Source: Gammaproteobacteria bacterium
Lineage (GTDB): Bacteria; Pseudomonadota; Gammaproteobacteria; Burkholderiales; Burkholderiaceae_C
Length of the DNA: 64,000 nt
Reading direction: 5' to 3'
Assembly (NCBI GenBank): GCA_025359085.1
Contig: JANYHL010000125.1
Span: 841-64,840 of the forward strand
Program-made: the position numbers and the translations under genes
In this document: one piece after another, positions 17,551 to 26,510 of the stretch
Layout of the letters: each line of letters starts with the position of its first letter
Numbering within the stretch: the first letter of the stretch is position 1
The notes under the pieces: generated by a model
Database searches by the model: none
Seen by the model: the letters and a program-made list of their open reading frames with translations, nothing else
What the model was told of the DNA's origin: nothing

Positions 17551-18851
17551 GACTGGGCCACGTGCTCAAGCCGCTGCTGCAACAGCAAGGCGTCGAGAAA
17601 ATATTTGGTGGCCCAGTTCGGATAAGCTGCCCGCATGTAAGAGCCAAACAGCGGAAAGGATCCGGCCAACGCGCCCACCACCGCAGCATCATCGGACTGG
17701 CGCAATTGGAGCGCTTTCAGAAAATCAAGCAGTTTGTCCGCCTGTATGCGGTAACTTTCCTCCCCGGACAACTCGAACAAGCGATAGGCAACGATGGCGA
17801 TCTGCGCCGAACCGGTCAGACAGGAGGAAAAGCCGGCGGGCTCCCAGTCCGCATAAAAACGACCCGGCAGGTAGCCGTTGCTGGCCATGCGCGGCAGGAT
17901 GGCATCGAGACTGCGCCGAACGGCCTCGATAAAGTCGGATCGCCCCGCGAGAGCACCCACCTCAAGAATGCCCTGCAAGGTGTAGCCAATCGTGTGCGTG
18001 AGCGGCGCCTCGGAATGCGTCAGGCAATTGTGCGCAAACCAGCCATTGTGCCGCTGCTGACGCAACGCGGCTTCCACGATCCAAACCGCCATGCGTTTGT
18101 AGGCATCGTCCTGAGCCAGTTCACCAAAGCGATAGATTGACCAGGCGCACAGACAGGTGTAGGTCTTGATCTCGCCAACACTGACAAAAGCGCCATTGGT
18201 TTTGAAATACCCCTGCTCGTCCAGATCATTGACCAAAAAATCTGCTGCCTGTCGCGCGGCGGCCAGCAGCGTTGGGTCCGCTGAATAGCGGTAGGCGGAG
18301 CACCAGCCGTCAAGCACCATGCCGGTGTTGAATGTCGCGGCGGTCTGGCGCTCGGGCGGGCAGACCGGGCCGCCTTGGACGGCGCCAGAAGGCATTTGCA
18401 CCACCGTTTCCCACATCGCCATGCGCATCGCAGCCGCGGCCGCGACTGGGTCGTCAAACTGCGCCGCAAAGGCCAGCAGCGAGGTGATGATGTAGCCCGT
18501 GGTCTCGGGATACGATGCGCGCCACCCTGCATTTACCTTGTCTTGGTCGTCGTCGATATCGCATGGAAAATAGCCAAGAGACACGCCGTCATCCGGACTG
18601 GCGGCCTGCGCCTGCAACAGCCAGTGCACCGCAGCGCGCGCACGTTCTCGGGTTTCTCCTCGCACCGGTTGAGGCATTGCGGCGGCAAAGCGCCAGTGGC
18701 TGCGGATAACTTCACCGCGGAAGGCTTGGTTATGCGTTGGAAAAAGCGCCCGAAGCTCCCGTGCCACCGCAGCCGCACCCCAATAGGTGCTGCGCAGGCC
18801 ACCCTGCAAATATTGATGGCGCAGGATGCGGGCTATGGCGGTGGGCTTCAA
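17547..18851 (-). CDS. Hypothetical (alpha/alpha)-toroid protein (prenyltransferase/squalene-cyclase-like repeats)
   Basis: AVHWLLQAQ, YPETTGYII, WETVVQMPSGA, FNTGMVLDGW, QQRHNGWF, THTIGYTLQG, CLTGSAQ, NWATKYFLDAL. TTG start 18851 behind AGGAG. Confidence 0.65.
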   Translation of the reverse strand: MKPTAIARILRHQYLQGGLRSTYWGAAAVARELRALFPTHNQAFRGEVIRSHWRFAAAMPQPVRGETRERARAAVHWLLQAQAASPDDGVSLGYFPCDIDDDQDKVNAGWRASYPETTGYIITSLLAFAAQFDDPVAAAAAMRMAMWETVVQMPSGAVQGGPVCPPERQTAATFNTGMVLDGWCSAYRYSADPTLLAAARQAADFLVNDLDEQGYFKTNGAFVSVGEIKTYTCLCAWSIYRFGELAQDDAYKRMAVWIVEAALRQQRHNGWFAHNCLTHSEAPLTHTIGYTLQGILEVGALAGRSDFIEAVRRSLDAILPRMASNGYLPGRFYADWEPAGFSSCLTGSAQIAIVAYRLFELSGEESYRIQADKLLDFLKALQLRQSDDAAVVGALAGSFPLFGSYMRAAYPNWATKYFLDALLLQQRLEHVAQS

Positions 18852-18861
18852 CGGACACTCC

Positions 18862-20097
18862 TTAGAACATGACTTGACCACCAGCCACCAACAAGTTGAC
18901 GCCAGTCAGAAACGAGGCCTGTTCAGCCACCAGATAGGCCACCGCCTGGGCCACATCAGCGGGCGTTGCAATTCTCTTCAAGGGTGTCCGGGCGGCCTCC
19001 ATCTTGAAGACGCGTTCCTGATAGTGCTCAGTCAATTCGGTACGCGTCAGACCGGGCGACACCATGTTGACCCTAATCTGCGCCTCGGCCCACTCCGCCG
19101 CCATCGCCTTGGACAAGCCCATCAGTGCATATTTTGCGCACACATAGTCAGCCATGCCGGTGGCCGGAACGCCAATGGTCACTTGCGAAAGAATATTGAC
19201 GATAGAGCCGCCGCCGGCCGCTTTCATGGCGGGATAAACCGCTTGACACAACTGCAACACCGCTTTGACCTGATACGCCATGTGGCCCTCAAAATCGGGC
19301 CAGCCCAGTTCGCTGAGCGGGCGATTGATGAGATCGCCAACGGCGGCATTCACCAGCACCCGTGGTGGACCCAGCACCTGCTGCACCTGCACCATCAAAG
19401 CGGACACTGAATCAGCATTGCGCACATCAGCCTTCACCGCAAACGCAATGCCACCAGCGAGCTCAATCTCCCGCACCACCTGCAGCGCCCGGTCCGCACT
19501 GCGAAAATAGTTCACCGCCACGGCATAGCCATTTTTGGCCAGCGTCCTGGCAATTTGCGCACCGATGCCTCTGGAGGCCCCTGTCACCAGTGCCACAGGT
19601 CGGCTCGAATCAATTGGCGAGGGGGTCGGCGAATCCACAACCAAGGGCGATGGCGGTAAATCGTCCCTGACCTTGACCTTGGCAGTGCCCGTGACCAGCA
19701 CCTTGTCGTCCATGCTGCGAATCTCGGTATTGAGTACCAGGGTCCGGGTCGCATCGCTTTTACCCACCACTTTGGCGACCGCACGAACCGGCTCATCAAT
19801 GCGCACAGGACGCCGGAAGCTGAGGTCCTGACCCAGGTACAGGGCATGCTTGCCCGGCACGCGCATACCCACCAACTGGGAGAACAAGGACGCCAGCAAA
19901 ATTCCATGCACCACTTGCGACCCGAACTCGGTGCCCGCAGCATATCCGGCGTCAACATGCAAGGGGCTGTAGTCGCCACTTAGGGCAGCGAACGTTTGCA
20001 CATCCTGGTCGGAAAATGATCGCACCAACTCAAAGCTTTGCCCGACGGCAATATCGTCAAAACTGAACTCCGATGCTGGCGCAAAGTCATGCTTCAT
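18862..20097 (-). CDS. MaoC-type hot-dog dehydratase fused to an SDR (FabG-like) reductase
   Basis: FAALSGDYSPLH and VHGILLAS (MaoC); TGASRGIG, NAA, YVCAK, NMVSPG (SDR). Start MKHDF at 20097. Confidence 0.9.
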   Translation of the reverse strand: MKHDFAPASEFSFDDIAVGQSFELVRSFSDQDVQTFAALSGDYSPLHVDAGYAAGTEFGSQVVHGILLASLFSQLVGMRVPGKHALYLGQDLSFRRPVRIDEPVRAVAKVVGKSDATRTLVLNTEIRSMDDKVLVTGTAKVKVRDDLPPSPLVVDSPTPSPIDSSRPVALVTGASRGIGAQIARTLAKNGYAVAVNYFRSADRALQVVREIELAGGIAFAVKADVRNADSVSALMVQVQQVLGPPRVLVNAAVGDLINRPLSELGWPDFEGHMAYQVKAVLQLCQAVYPAMKAAGGGSIVNILSQVTIGVPATGMADYVCAKYALMGLSKAMAAEWAEAQIRVNMVSPGLTRTELTEHYQERVFKMEAARTPLKRIATPADVAQAVAYLVAEQASFLTGVNLLVAGGQVMF

Positions 20098-20125
20098 TTG
20101 AACCCTTGTGCATGGCGCGGACTGA

Positions 20126-20362
20126 CTACAGCTTGGCGCCCACGACCTGGACGACATCAAAATACGACACCATCAATTCGAAGTCAGAGACCTCGAAAGA
20201 AATCGAGAACTCCTCCTCCAAGGCCAGAACGAGATTGATATGGTTGGCAGAGTCCCAACCCGGCGTGTTGTCCATCGAGGTGTTGTCATCGATCATGGTC
20301 GCGTCCATATTCAGGATGATCGCCATCACCGCCCGAATTGTTTCCTCAACATCTTTAGACAT
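20126..20362 (-). CDS. Acyl carrier protein (ACP2)
   Basis: 78 aa, acidic, GWDSANHINLVLALEEEF motif; ATG 20362 overlaps the FkbH stop. Confidence 0.9.
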   Translation of the reverse strand: MSKDVEETIRAVMAIILNMDATMIDDNTSMDNTPGWDSANHINLVLALEEEFSISFEVSDFELMVSYFDVVQVVGAKL

Positions 20363-22328
20363 GCAATGGCTCCGAGCTGAGCACCTGCGCAGCTCGCTTG
20401 CTGGTCTGGGGTGGGACCGAAATCTGGAACCAGTCGGGTCGCCGGACCATGGCTTTTGCCAGGTCCAGCTCCCAGGTGGTGCTACCAGAGTCATCTTCGC
20501 CGAGTTTGCAAAAACCATGTTTCTCAAACAAGTCGCGCACCGGCACATTCTTGTCGGTGGGCACCACACGCCCGCATAATTTATTGAGGCCCCGCTGCCG
20601 CGCAGCATCGCAGAGGTAGGCCAGCATGGCCGTCTCCACCGTACGACCGATGACCCGGCAACTGAGCAAGAAATTATCAATAGTGAGTCGATTCGCGTCC
20701 GCGCGCGCCATCATGAGGCCAACAATGCCGTTGTCACCAAAGCGATCTCGTACCCCCACTGTCACGGCCAAGCTACTCGGGTCGTGCACACGATCATCAA
20801 GCTCAGCCTCACACAAGCGAACGGTGGTGGCGTTGAACTGATTGGTCTTTTGGGTTAATTGGGCTGCGCGCGCACGCGACGTTGAATCGACCGGGGCCAC
20901 ACTTAGCGTCATGTCCAGGTCCCGGTAATAGTCTTCCAGATTGCTGCTGGAAGAGCGCGCGGTTTCTGCCATGGCGCGCTGCTGGTACAACTGACCCCGG
21001 CGCCGATCTTCATCCGACAGGCCAAGGGTGTCGAAAAGCCCCTGCGCGCATAAGGCTTCAACATACAACTCGGGGCGGCACGGTAGTTCAATGACAGTGA
21101 CCATGGGCAATTCGCGCCGAACCTGTTCACATTCAGCCGGATTGTCATCAACGAAAACCATGTGATCCAGACCAATATTAAGTCGTGTGGCAATTATTTT
21201 GAGTGAATCGCTCTTGGGATTCCAGTGTATTTGCAGCTCAGCAAAATGTTCTTTGCGAATCGTCATGAAGCGGTGATTCGCAAACACGGCATCCACATCC
21301 GCAGGATTGTTCTTGCTAGCAACAGCCAACAGGACACCCCGGCGGTAGAGGTCAAGAATCGCTCGTTGAAATTCGACAAAAGCGCTGCCCGGGTAAGTCG
21401 GCCCCAGTTGAATTCCGTCAATGCCGTCCTCGCCGATGACGCCACCCCAAAGCGTGTTGTCTAGGTCGACCACCAAACACTTCTTGCTCAAGCCTTTCAA
21501 CGCACGGAAAAACTTCATGTATTCCTGCGCCAGGTTGCCCAACATACCCATAGCGATGGGCGCCCTGGCGTACAAGCGCATCCTGGCGTCATACCAATGC
21601 TGCGCACCAAACTGGTTAACCAGCCCGGCGTAGTCCACGATATGGACATCGACGATGTCGGCTGTTGTCTCGACCAGGGCGCGGTTCAGGTCAATGACCA
21701 GTTTTGCCTGGCCACGCGTCAAGCCAACATCGGCAATGCCAGCCCTTCTAAGTCGCGGTTGCGCCAGGTTGTGCACCAACAAGGGCATGGTGCTTGCGTC
21801 GCGTAATGTGCGCAACAAGGTGCCAATTTTTTGCTTGAAATTATCGACAACCAGGTCAAGGCTTGCGCTGGCCTGATCCGCATCCATGAAATCGGTATAA
21901 ACCTCAGGCAACCAGTCCTCCCCTTCTATGGCCAGGATAGTCACGTCAGGTGCGAACGCATAGAGACCACTGGTTGGGTCCAGAATCTCCTGGTTAATCA
22001 GGCTAAAACCGGACTGATAGACTTCAATACGCAGGCCATTGGAAAATCCATAGGCGACCAGGGAGTCCTGAATAAAGTCGATCGAAAATGACGAAAGCAA
22101 TGCCACCCGGTAGGGCCTGCAGGTGTTTAGCTCTGGCGGCAGTTCCTTTACCAGTTGGCGCAAGAATCTGAAATTCACCAGACTTGGATTATTTTGCAGC
22201 AGCGCATGCGCGCCCTGAAGCGCCGACGATATCGCGCCAGCCTTGACACTTTGCGCAATCGAGTTGCGTAACTCGCCGTCAGCATCAGCAGTGCGTTTGG
22301 GCACAATTGCCTTGCAACTCTCAGTCAT
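20355..22328 (-). CDS. FkbH-like HAD-IIIC glyceryl transferase/phosphatase
   Basis: VDLDNTLWGG, ASKNN, FVDDNPAE, QLTQKTNQFN, FLLSCRVIGR (acyl-carrying Cys). Confidence 0.93.
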   Translation of the reverse strand: MTESCKAIVPKRTADADGELRNSIAQSVKAGAISSALQGAHALLQNNPSLVNFRFLRQLVKELPPELNTCRPYRVALLSSFSIDFIQDSLVAYGFSNGLRIEVYQSGFSLINQEILDPTSGLYAFAPDVTILAIEGEDWLPEVYTDFMDADQASASLDLVVDNFKQKIGTLLRTLRDASTMPLLVHNLAQPRLRRAGIADVGLTRGQAKLVIDLNRALVETTADIVDVHIVDYAGLVNQFGAQHWYDARMRLYARAPIAMGMLGNLAQEYMKFFRALKGLSKKCLVVDLDNTLWGGVIGEDGIDGIQLGPTYPGSAFVEFQRAILDLYRRGVLLAVASKNNPADVDAVFANHRFMTIRKEHFAELQIHWNPKSDSLKIIATRLNIGLDHMVFVDDNPAECEQVRRELPMVTVIELPCRPELYVEALCAQGLFDTLGLSDEDRRRGQLYQQRAMAETARSSSSNLEDYYRDLDMTLSVAPVDSTSRARAAQLTQKTNQFNATTVRLCEAELDDRVHDPSSLAVTVGVRDRFGDNGIVGLMMARADANRLTIDNFLLSCRVIGRTVETAMLAYLCDAARQRGLNKLCGRVVPTDKNVPVRDLFEKHGFCKLGEDDSGSTTWELDLAKAMVRRPDWFQISVPPQTSKRAAQVLSSEPLHV

Positions 22329-23169
22329 AACAATAGACTCCTTGCTGATGCATTTGACACACTGTCTGAGCCACTGCGGCAGCAGCCAGCACGGTGACTT
22401 TGAGCCCCCCGACCTTCGCCTCTCGCCAGGCGCCCGCCTTCTTCAAGTAGGGAACCATCTTGTGCAGATTGCGACGCTGCGACACCGCTGGCTCAAACAA
22501 GCGGCAACTTGTTTCCAACATGACGCCGTCCCGGGTTTTCGAACACAGGTGAAACACTTCTTGTGTGAATGGAGCGACAGGAAACTCAGTTTCAAGCTTT
22601 TCTTCCAACAGATGAAAGAAGGTTAATACGCCGATATCTGTACCCAGCAAGACAATCTTGCCATCGCGTTGGAGCAAGGCCTCAAAGGGGGTGCCCACAC
22701 CGCAAGGTGTGTGTGCCAGATGGTGCCCGGCCACGATGGCGCAGGCGTCATGCCCCCACACAGCCACCGAGTGGGTTGGATGAACACTGCGCACAACTTG
22801 CGGCGTGCGTCTGAACAGTTCGGTCAGCAAGCCCATCTTCGATGGCGTACGAGACTCATCGAACAGAGGATTGGTTCGGGCGTAGGCGACAGCGGTGCCC
22901 GAGAAGGTCATGGTCGGCATCATGACCATGCCCTCGGTGCCGACCGCAGCCTGCAACACGGAGATGACGTCACTCGGCTTGCCCTGAAATCCTTCAAAGG
23001 CATCGAAAGAACTGTGGACCAGCACGGTCTCACCGCGCCCGACGCCAAGCTCAACCAGCAGGCGTTGCAACTCATCTGCGGCAAATGGACGCAAGGTGTT
23101 GACAACGAATCTCCTGAACACCCTAAGGTGCCGCTTGGCCCGCGTTTTCACACTCTTCAAAGCATTCAT
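22321..23169 (-). CDS. AAC(3)/YokD-family N-acyltransferase
   Basis: LVHSSF, MMPTMTF, MGLLTELFR, RSVHPTHSVAVWG, GKIVLLG, TFFHLLEE. Confidence 0.88.
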   Translation of the reverse strand: MNALKSVKTRAKRHLRVFRRFVVNTLRPFAADELQRLLVELGVGRGETVLVHSSFDAFEGFQGKPSDVISVLQAAVGTEGMVMMPTMTFSGTAVAYARTNPLFDESRTPSKMGLLTELFRRTPQVVRSVHPTHSVAVWGHDACAIVAGHHLAHTPCGVGTPFEALLQRDGKIVLLGTDIGVLTFFHLLEEKLETEFPVAPFTQEVFHLCSKTRDGVMLETSCRLFEPAVSQRRNLHKMVPYLKKAGAWREAKVGGLKVTVLAAAAVAQTVCQMHQQGVYCYD

Positions 23170-23198
23170 TTTTAGACTCGATGCCCGATCAGTTTCAC

Positions 23199-24212
23199 TT
23201 AGTCGGCGGCGACCGAGCCATTGCTCGGAGCGCCGTCCACAAGTTTTTTCAACGTTAACAAGGCGGAGGGCAACACCAGCACCAGAACCACCATGTGGGC
23301 CCGCACCTCTTCGTAGTTTGAAAACACCATGTAAACCGCACTCAAGCCCAGCGCAAATGCGACAGAGGCCACCACAAACCTATGCTTGGATGGCAGAAAG
23401 AACAGGGCAAGAAAAACAGGCAAAGCGTGAACCAGCAGGGGCGGATAGCGAACATTCATTTCCACCAGCTTTTGGGCGTTGCTCCACAGGGTATTGAAGG
23501 CTCCCTGCAAGTTGTAATAGGAGCCATCCACTGGGGATGGAAATAGCTGACCCAACGCCATATAGGTGCCAAACGTGATCAGCAACAAGAATAACGTCTC
23601 CATGCTCGTCTTTAGCCAACCGCTCCTGTTAACGTGAACCAGGAAGTAAAGAAACGGCAGCAAGATCGTGTCGAATTTGACAAGAACGCTAAGGAATAGG
23701 CAGAAGACCAAAACAACGAAATTTCCTTCTGCAACCAGATAGAGAAGTCCGATCCAGAACACCATCTGCAGCCGGTCCCAAGGATGAAAAAGCTGAAACA
23801 GATAAGTCAACGGAAGCATGGCACAAAAATATAAAACGCCCAGCAAACTATAAGGATCTGGCAACCATTTTTTGAGATAAAAATACAATGCCAACAAACC
23901 GACAAACAAAAATGCGGTATCCAGCAGTTTGTAAATTTTGGCAACCGTTAAGCCGGTATTAATCCTGATGGCCTCTGCCAGATAGACGATTCCGATTCGT
24001 TTTTGAATCGAGGTCGCGCCAAGGGCTGTCCAACCCTTGCCGCCCGGCGCCTTGTTTTCCAGGATACCAAAGTGAAGCTCTTCACGCTGCTTTTCAAGTT
24101 GCTTTGAGTAGATGGTTTGATCACCGATCCAGGTTTGCATGCCGATCGTGATCGTGGCCAACAGCCACGACAAAAGGAACAAACCAATCACTTTTTGATA
24201 ATTAGTATTCAT
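23199..24212 (-). CDS. Multi-pass membrane protein, possible GT-C (GtrII-like) glycosyltransferase
   Basis: About 9-10 hydrophobic segments, periplasmic-type loop, PWD and KFD motifs; follows a GtrA-like gene; AT-richer codon usage. Confidence 0.5.
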   Translation of the reverse strand: MNTNYQKVIGLFLLSWLLATITIGMQTWIGDQTIYSKQLEKQREELHFGILENKAPGGKGWTALGATSIQKRIGIVYLAEAIRINTGLTVAKIYKLLDTAFLFVGLLALYFYLKKWLPDPYSLLGVLYFCAMLPLTYLFQLFHPWDRLQMVFWIGLLYLVAEGNFVVLVFCLFLSVLVKFDTILLPFLYFLVHVNRSGWLKTSMETLFLLLITFGTYMALGQLFPSPVDGSYYNLQGAFNTLWSNAQKLVEMNVRYPPLLVHALPVFLALFFLPSKHRFVVASVAFALGLSAVYMVFSNYEEVRAHMVVLVLVLPSALLTLKKLVDGAPSNGSVAAD

Positions 24213-24300
24213 TGCAATAGTTCACCCAATAAAACCGAATGGCGATGCCTTCCCTGCCCGCGCCAAGCGTATGGGCCAGGCTCTCGTTGTGTGCCACCTG

Positions 24301-24714
24301 CTATCTCTGAGTTGGCTGGGCGGGCCCCTTAAAGACAAAGTACTTCTGAATCACATACGACAACACAGCGCTAAACGGCAAGGCAAGGGCACCGGCTGTA
24401 TAGGCGTCAAGCCCAAAGTCGATGATTCGACCTATCAAAAAAATGACGCATAAGTAGATAAATATCCAGCTCAATATAAAACGCCCCAGCAAGCGATTGT
24501 TTCGGTTGTTGAATACCAGATGGCCTTGTGTCTTGAAACTGAACAAGATGCCGATGACCAAGGCAATGAGGTTGGCCATTTGGTAGCTCACGCCGACAGA
24601 CAACAGCAATGCATAAATGAGATAACTAACGCTGGTGTTGAGAATGCCGACCAAAACAAATCTGACGACCACGGCTTTCCTGATTTGTGTCGGAATTGCG
24701 TTCAGAATGTTCAT
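24301..24714 (-). CDS. GtrA-family small flippase-like protein
   Basis: 137 aa, 4 TM; RFVLVGILNT, ANLIA, SFKTQGHLVF, SYVIQKYFVF. Confidence 0.88.
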   Translation of the reverse strand: MNILNAIPTQIRKAVVVRFVLVGILNTSVSYLIYALLLSVGVSYQMANLIALVIGILFSFKTQGHLVFNNRNNRLLGRFILSWIFIYLCVIFLIGRIIDFGLDAYTAGALALPFSAVLSYVIQKYFVFKGPAQPTQR

Positions 24715-25667
24715 TGAAAGTAACCGAACTGGCTCTTTTGATCTACGGCCTTCAACGGTGCAGTTTTGCGAAGCCAATACGCTGCGTTTCCACTTGGAAA
24801 GAGACGCGAGAGCAATATTCCAACAGGCAGGAACAACAAATAGATCAAGAACCTGAACCGCCCCGTCAATACGACCGAAAGGCTGGCAGCGACACCATTC
24901 GGAAAGGACGCCGACTTACTATTGACAACATCGAATCCCCATCGCTCAGAAAGTTGCTTAATAGACGGTGCCTCCGGAAAGCTGATGTGCCTCGGTGCGT
25001 CAAGGTTGTGCCACTTCTTGCCAAAAACCCGCGCCTCCCATGATCCGATATTGGGAATGACAAAATAGAATATCCCATCCGGTTTCAGTAGCCTATGGAC
25101 TATTTCAAAAGCGTGATTGATATCCGTGAGATGCTCAAGCACGAAGTGCATGGTGACGACGTCTACCCGCCCCTCGTGGTCGCGCAGTAGTGCCCGCTCA
25201 TCAGCGTAAACCGGGATTTTTAGCACGTTTGAAAGTTGCGTCGCATGACCCGGATTGGCTTCAAAACCAATGAGATTTAGGTTTTTCGCCTGATTTTCGT
25301 CTAGGAACCAGCCATCGCCACACCCGAAGTCAAGCAACAGTGCCGACTCTTTGATGCTCGTAATATGCCGTCGAGTATTAAAGTAACAGGAGCCCATGAC
25401 CCATGAGCGCATAAGACGATACGGCCACGATTTTTTTTTATGAATCGGGTACGCGTCATAAAAAATGGCCAAATCTTTTGGAATGGGCGCTTGTTGGATG
25501 AGGCCACAGCCAACACAGCGGGCGTAGCTAACTCGACAGGACTTCTGCAGGTAGTAGTCCTTGCAGTCAGACCACACGGTAACAGCAGCAGAGCTGGTGC
25601 ATTGGATACAAGAAAAATCGGAGGTCATCTGCATAGCAAGAGATATTTTTTTATTGGTTTTTTGCAA
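24711..25667 (-). CDS. Class I SAM-dependent methyltransferase with N-terminal Cys motifs
   Basis: CxxC...CxxC N-terminus; LLDFGCGDG, GFE, HFVLEHL, LKPDG, PRH. Confidence 0.85.
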   Translation of the reverse strand: MQKTNKKISLAMQMTSDFSCIQCTSSAAVTVWSDCKDYYLQKSCRVSYARCVGCGLIQQAPIPKDLAIFYDAYPIHKKKSWPYRLMRSWVMGSCYFNTRRHITSIKESALLLDFGCGDGWFLDENQAKNLNLIGFEANPGHATQLSNVLKIPVYADERALLRDHEGRVDVVTMHFVLEHLTDINHAFEIVHRLLKPDGIFYFVIPNIGSWEARVFGKKWHNLDAPRHISFPEAPSIKQLSERWGFDVVNSKSASFPNGVAASLSVVLTGRFRFLIYLLFLPVGILLSRLFPSGNAAYWLRKTAPLKAVDQKSQFGYFQ

Positions 25668-26484
25668 AAATAGCGTGATACACAGCCGCCCTAACGATGG
25701 TATTCAAATGAGCCTTCGCCAGACCAATGGTGCGGTCTGCCCCCGAAATGCAAAATCTGGTGTCCGCCTTGAATTTATCGACAAAACCCTTGAAGTCCCG
25801 ATGCTGTTTCCCACCAATGGCCACACTCCAGGAGCCCGGACTGACCCGAAACGCGGAGGTCTGCGTTGCAGTGTAATAGGCGTCGCCATGCGCAAGAACT
25901 CTGAACCAATAGTCCAGATCGACAAGATAGGGGTGACTGGCATCATAAGTGCCCACTTTTTTGATGATTTCATGCCGAACCAAACCATTGCCGGGCTCAC
26001 CAATCAGGTTGCTTCCTGCACGGATACAGCGCTTGACTAACGCGCCACTTTCAATTCGACCGGTCGCCTGCCGAGCGAGGCCACGCCTCATTAACACCCG
26101 ACCCTCGGTGTCGATGATGTTTCGCGAGCCGAACACCAGCGCAATCTGGCCGGCAGGGTCGTTTTCCAGCACCGCAACCTGTTTTTCAAGACAATCAGGC
26201 GCGAGTAAATCGTCATGGGGTAGTAGTTTGAAGTACTTGCCGTGAGCCACTTCGAGGCAACGATTCCAATTGCCTTCAGGGCCTAGATTGTGGGTGTTTC
26301 TGATGTATTTGATGCGTGGATCGCCATAGCGCGCGAGCAGCTTCGGCGTGTCGTCAGGCGAGTGGTCATCGAGTATGCACAACTCGAAATAGGGGTAGGT
26401 TTGATTCAAAACCGACTCGATCGTCTTACCCAAAAATGCGGCCCCGCGGTAAGTTGGTATGCAGACAGACACTTTGGCATTCAT
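25651..26484 (-). CDS. GT2 family glycosyltransferase
   Basis: VSVCIPTYRG, LDDHSPDDT, NWN, LLPHDD, DLDYWFR. Confidence 0.9.
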   Translation of the reverse strand: MNAKVSVCIPTYRGAAFLGKTIESVLNQTYPYFELCILDDHSPDDTPKLLARYGDPRIKYIRNTHNLGPEGNWNRCLEVAHGKYFKLLPHDDLLAPDCLEKQVAVLENDPAGQIALVFGSRNIIDTEGRVLMRRGLARQATGRIESGALVKRCIRAGSNLIGEPGNGLVRHEIIKKVGTYDASHPYLVDLDYWFRVLAHGDAYYTATQTSAFRVSPGSWSVAIGGKQHRDFKGFVDKFKADTRFCISGADRTIGLAKAHLNTIVRAAVYHAIFAKNQ

Positions 26485-26510
26485 TTTTGTTGACTCACAG
26501 TCTGGGGTCA

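Noticed and set aside
20355-22328. PKS/NRPS secondary-metabolite cluster suggested by FkbH, ACPs and the adenylation enzyme
   Set aside because: No ketosynthase, condensation or thioesterase module is present; the context is polysaccharide biosynthesis.
22321-23169. Aminoglycoside-resistance gene call for the AAC(3)-family ORF
   Set aside because: It overlaps the FkbH start inside a biosynthetic operon with no integron or mobile context, so a biosynthetic role is more parsimonious.
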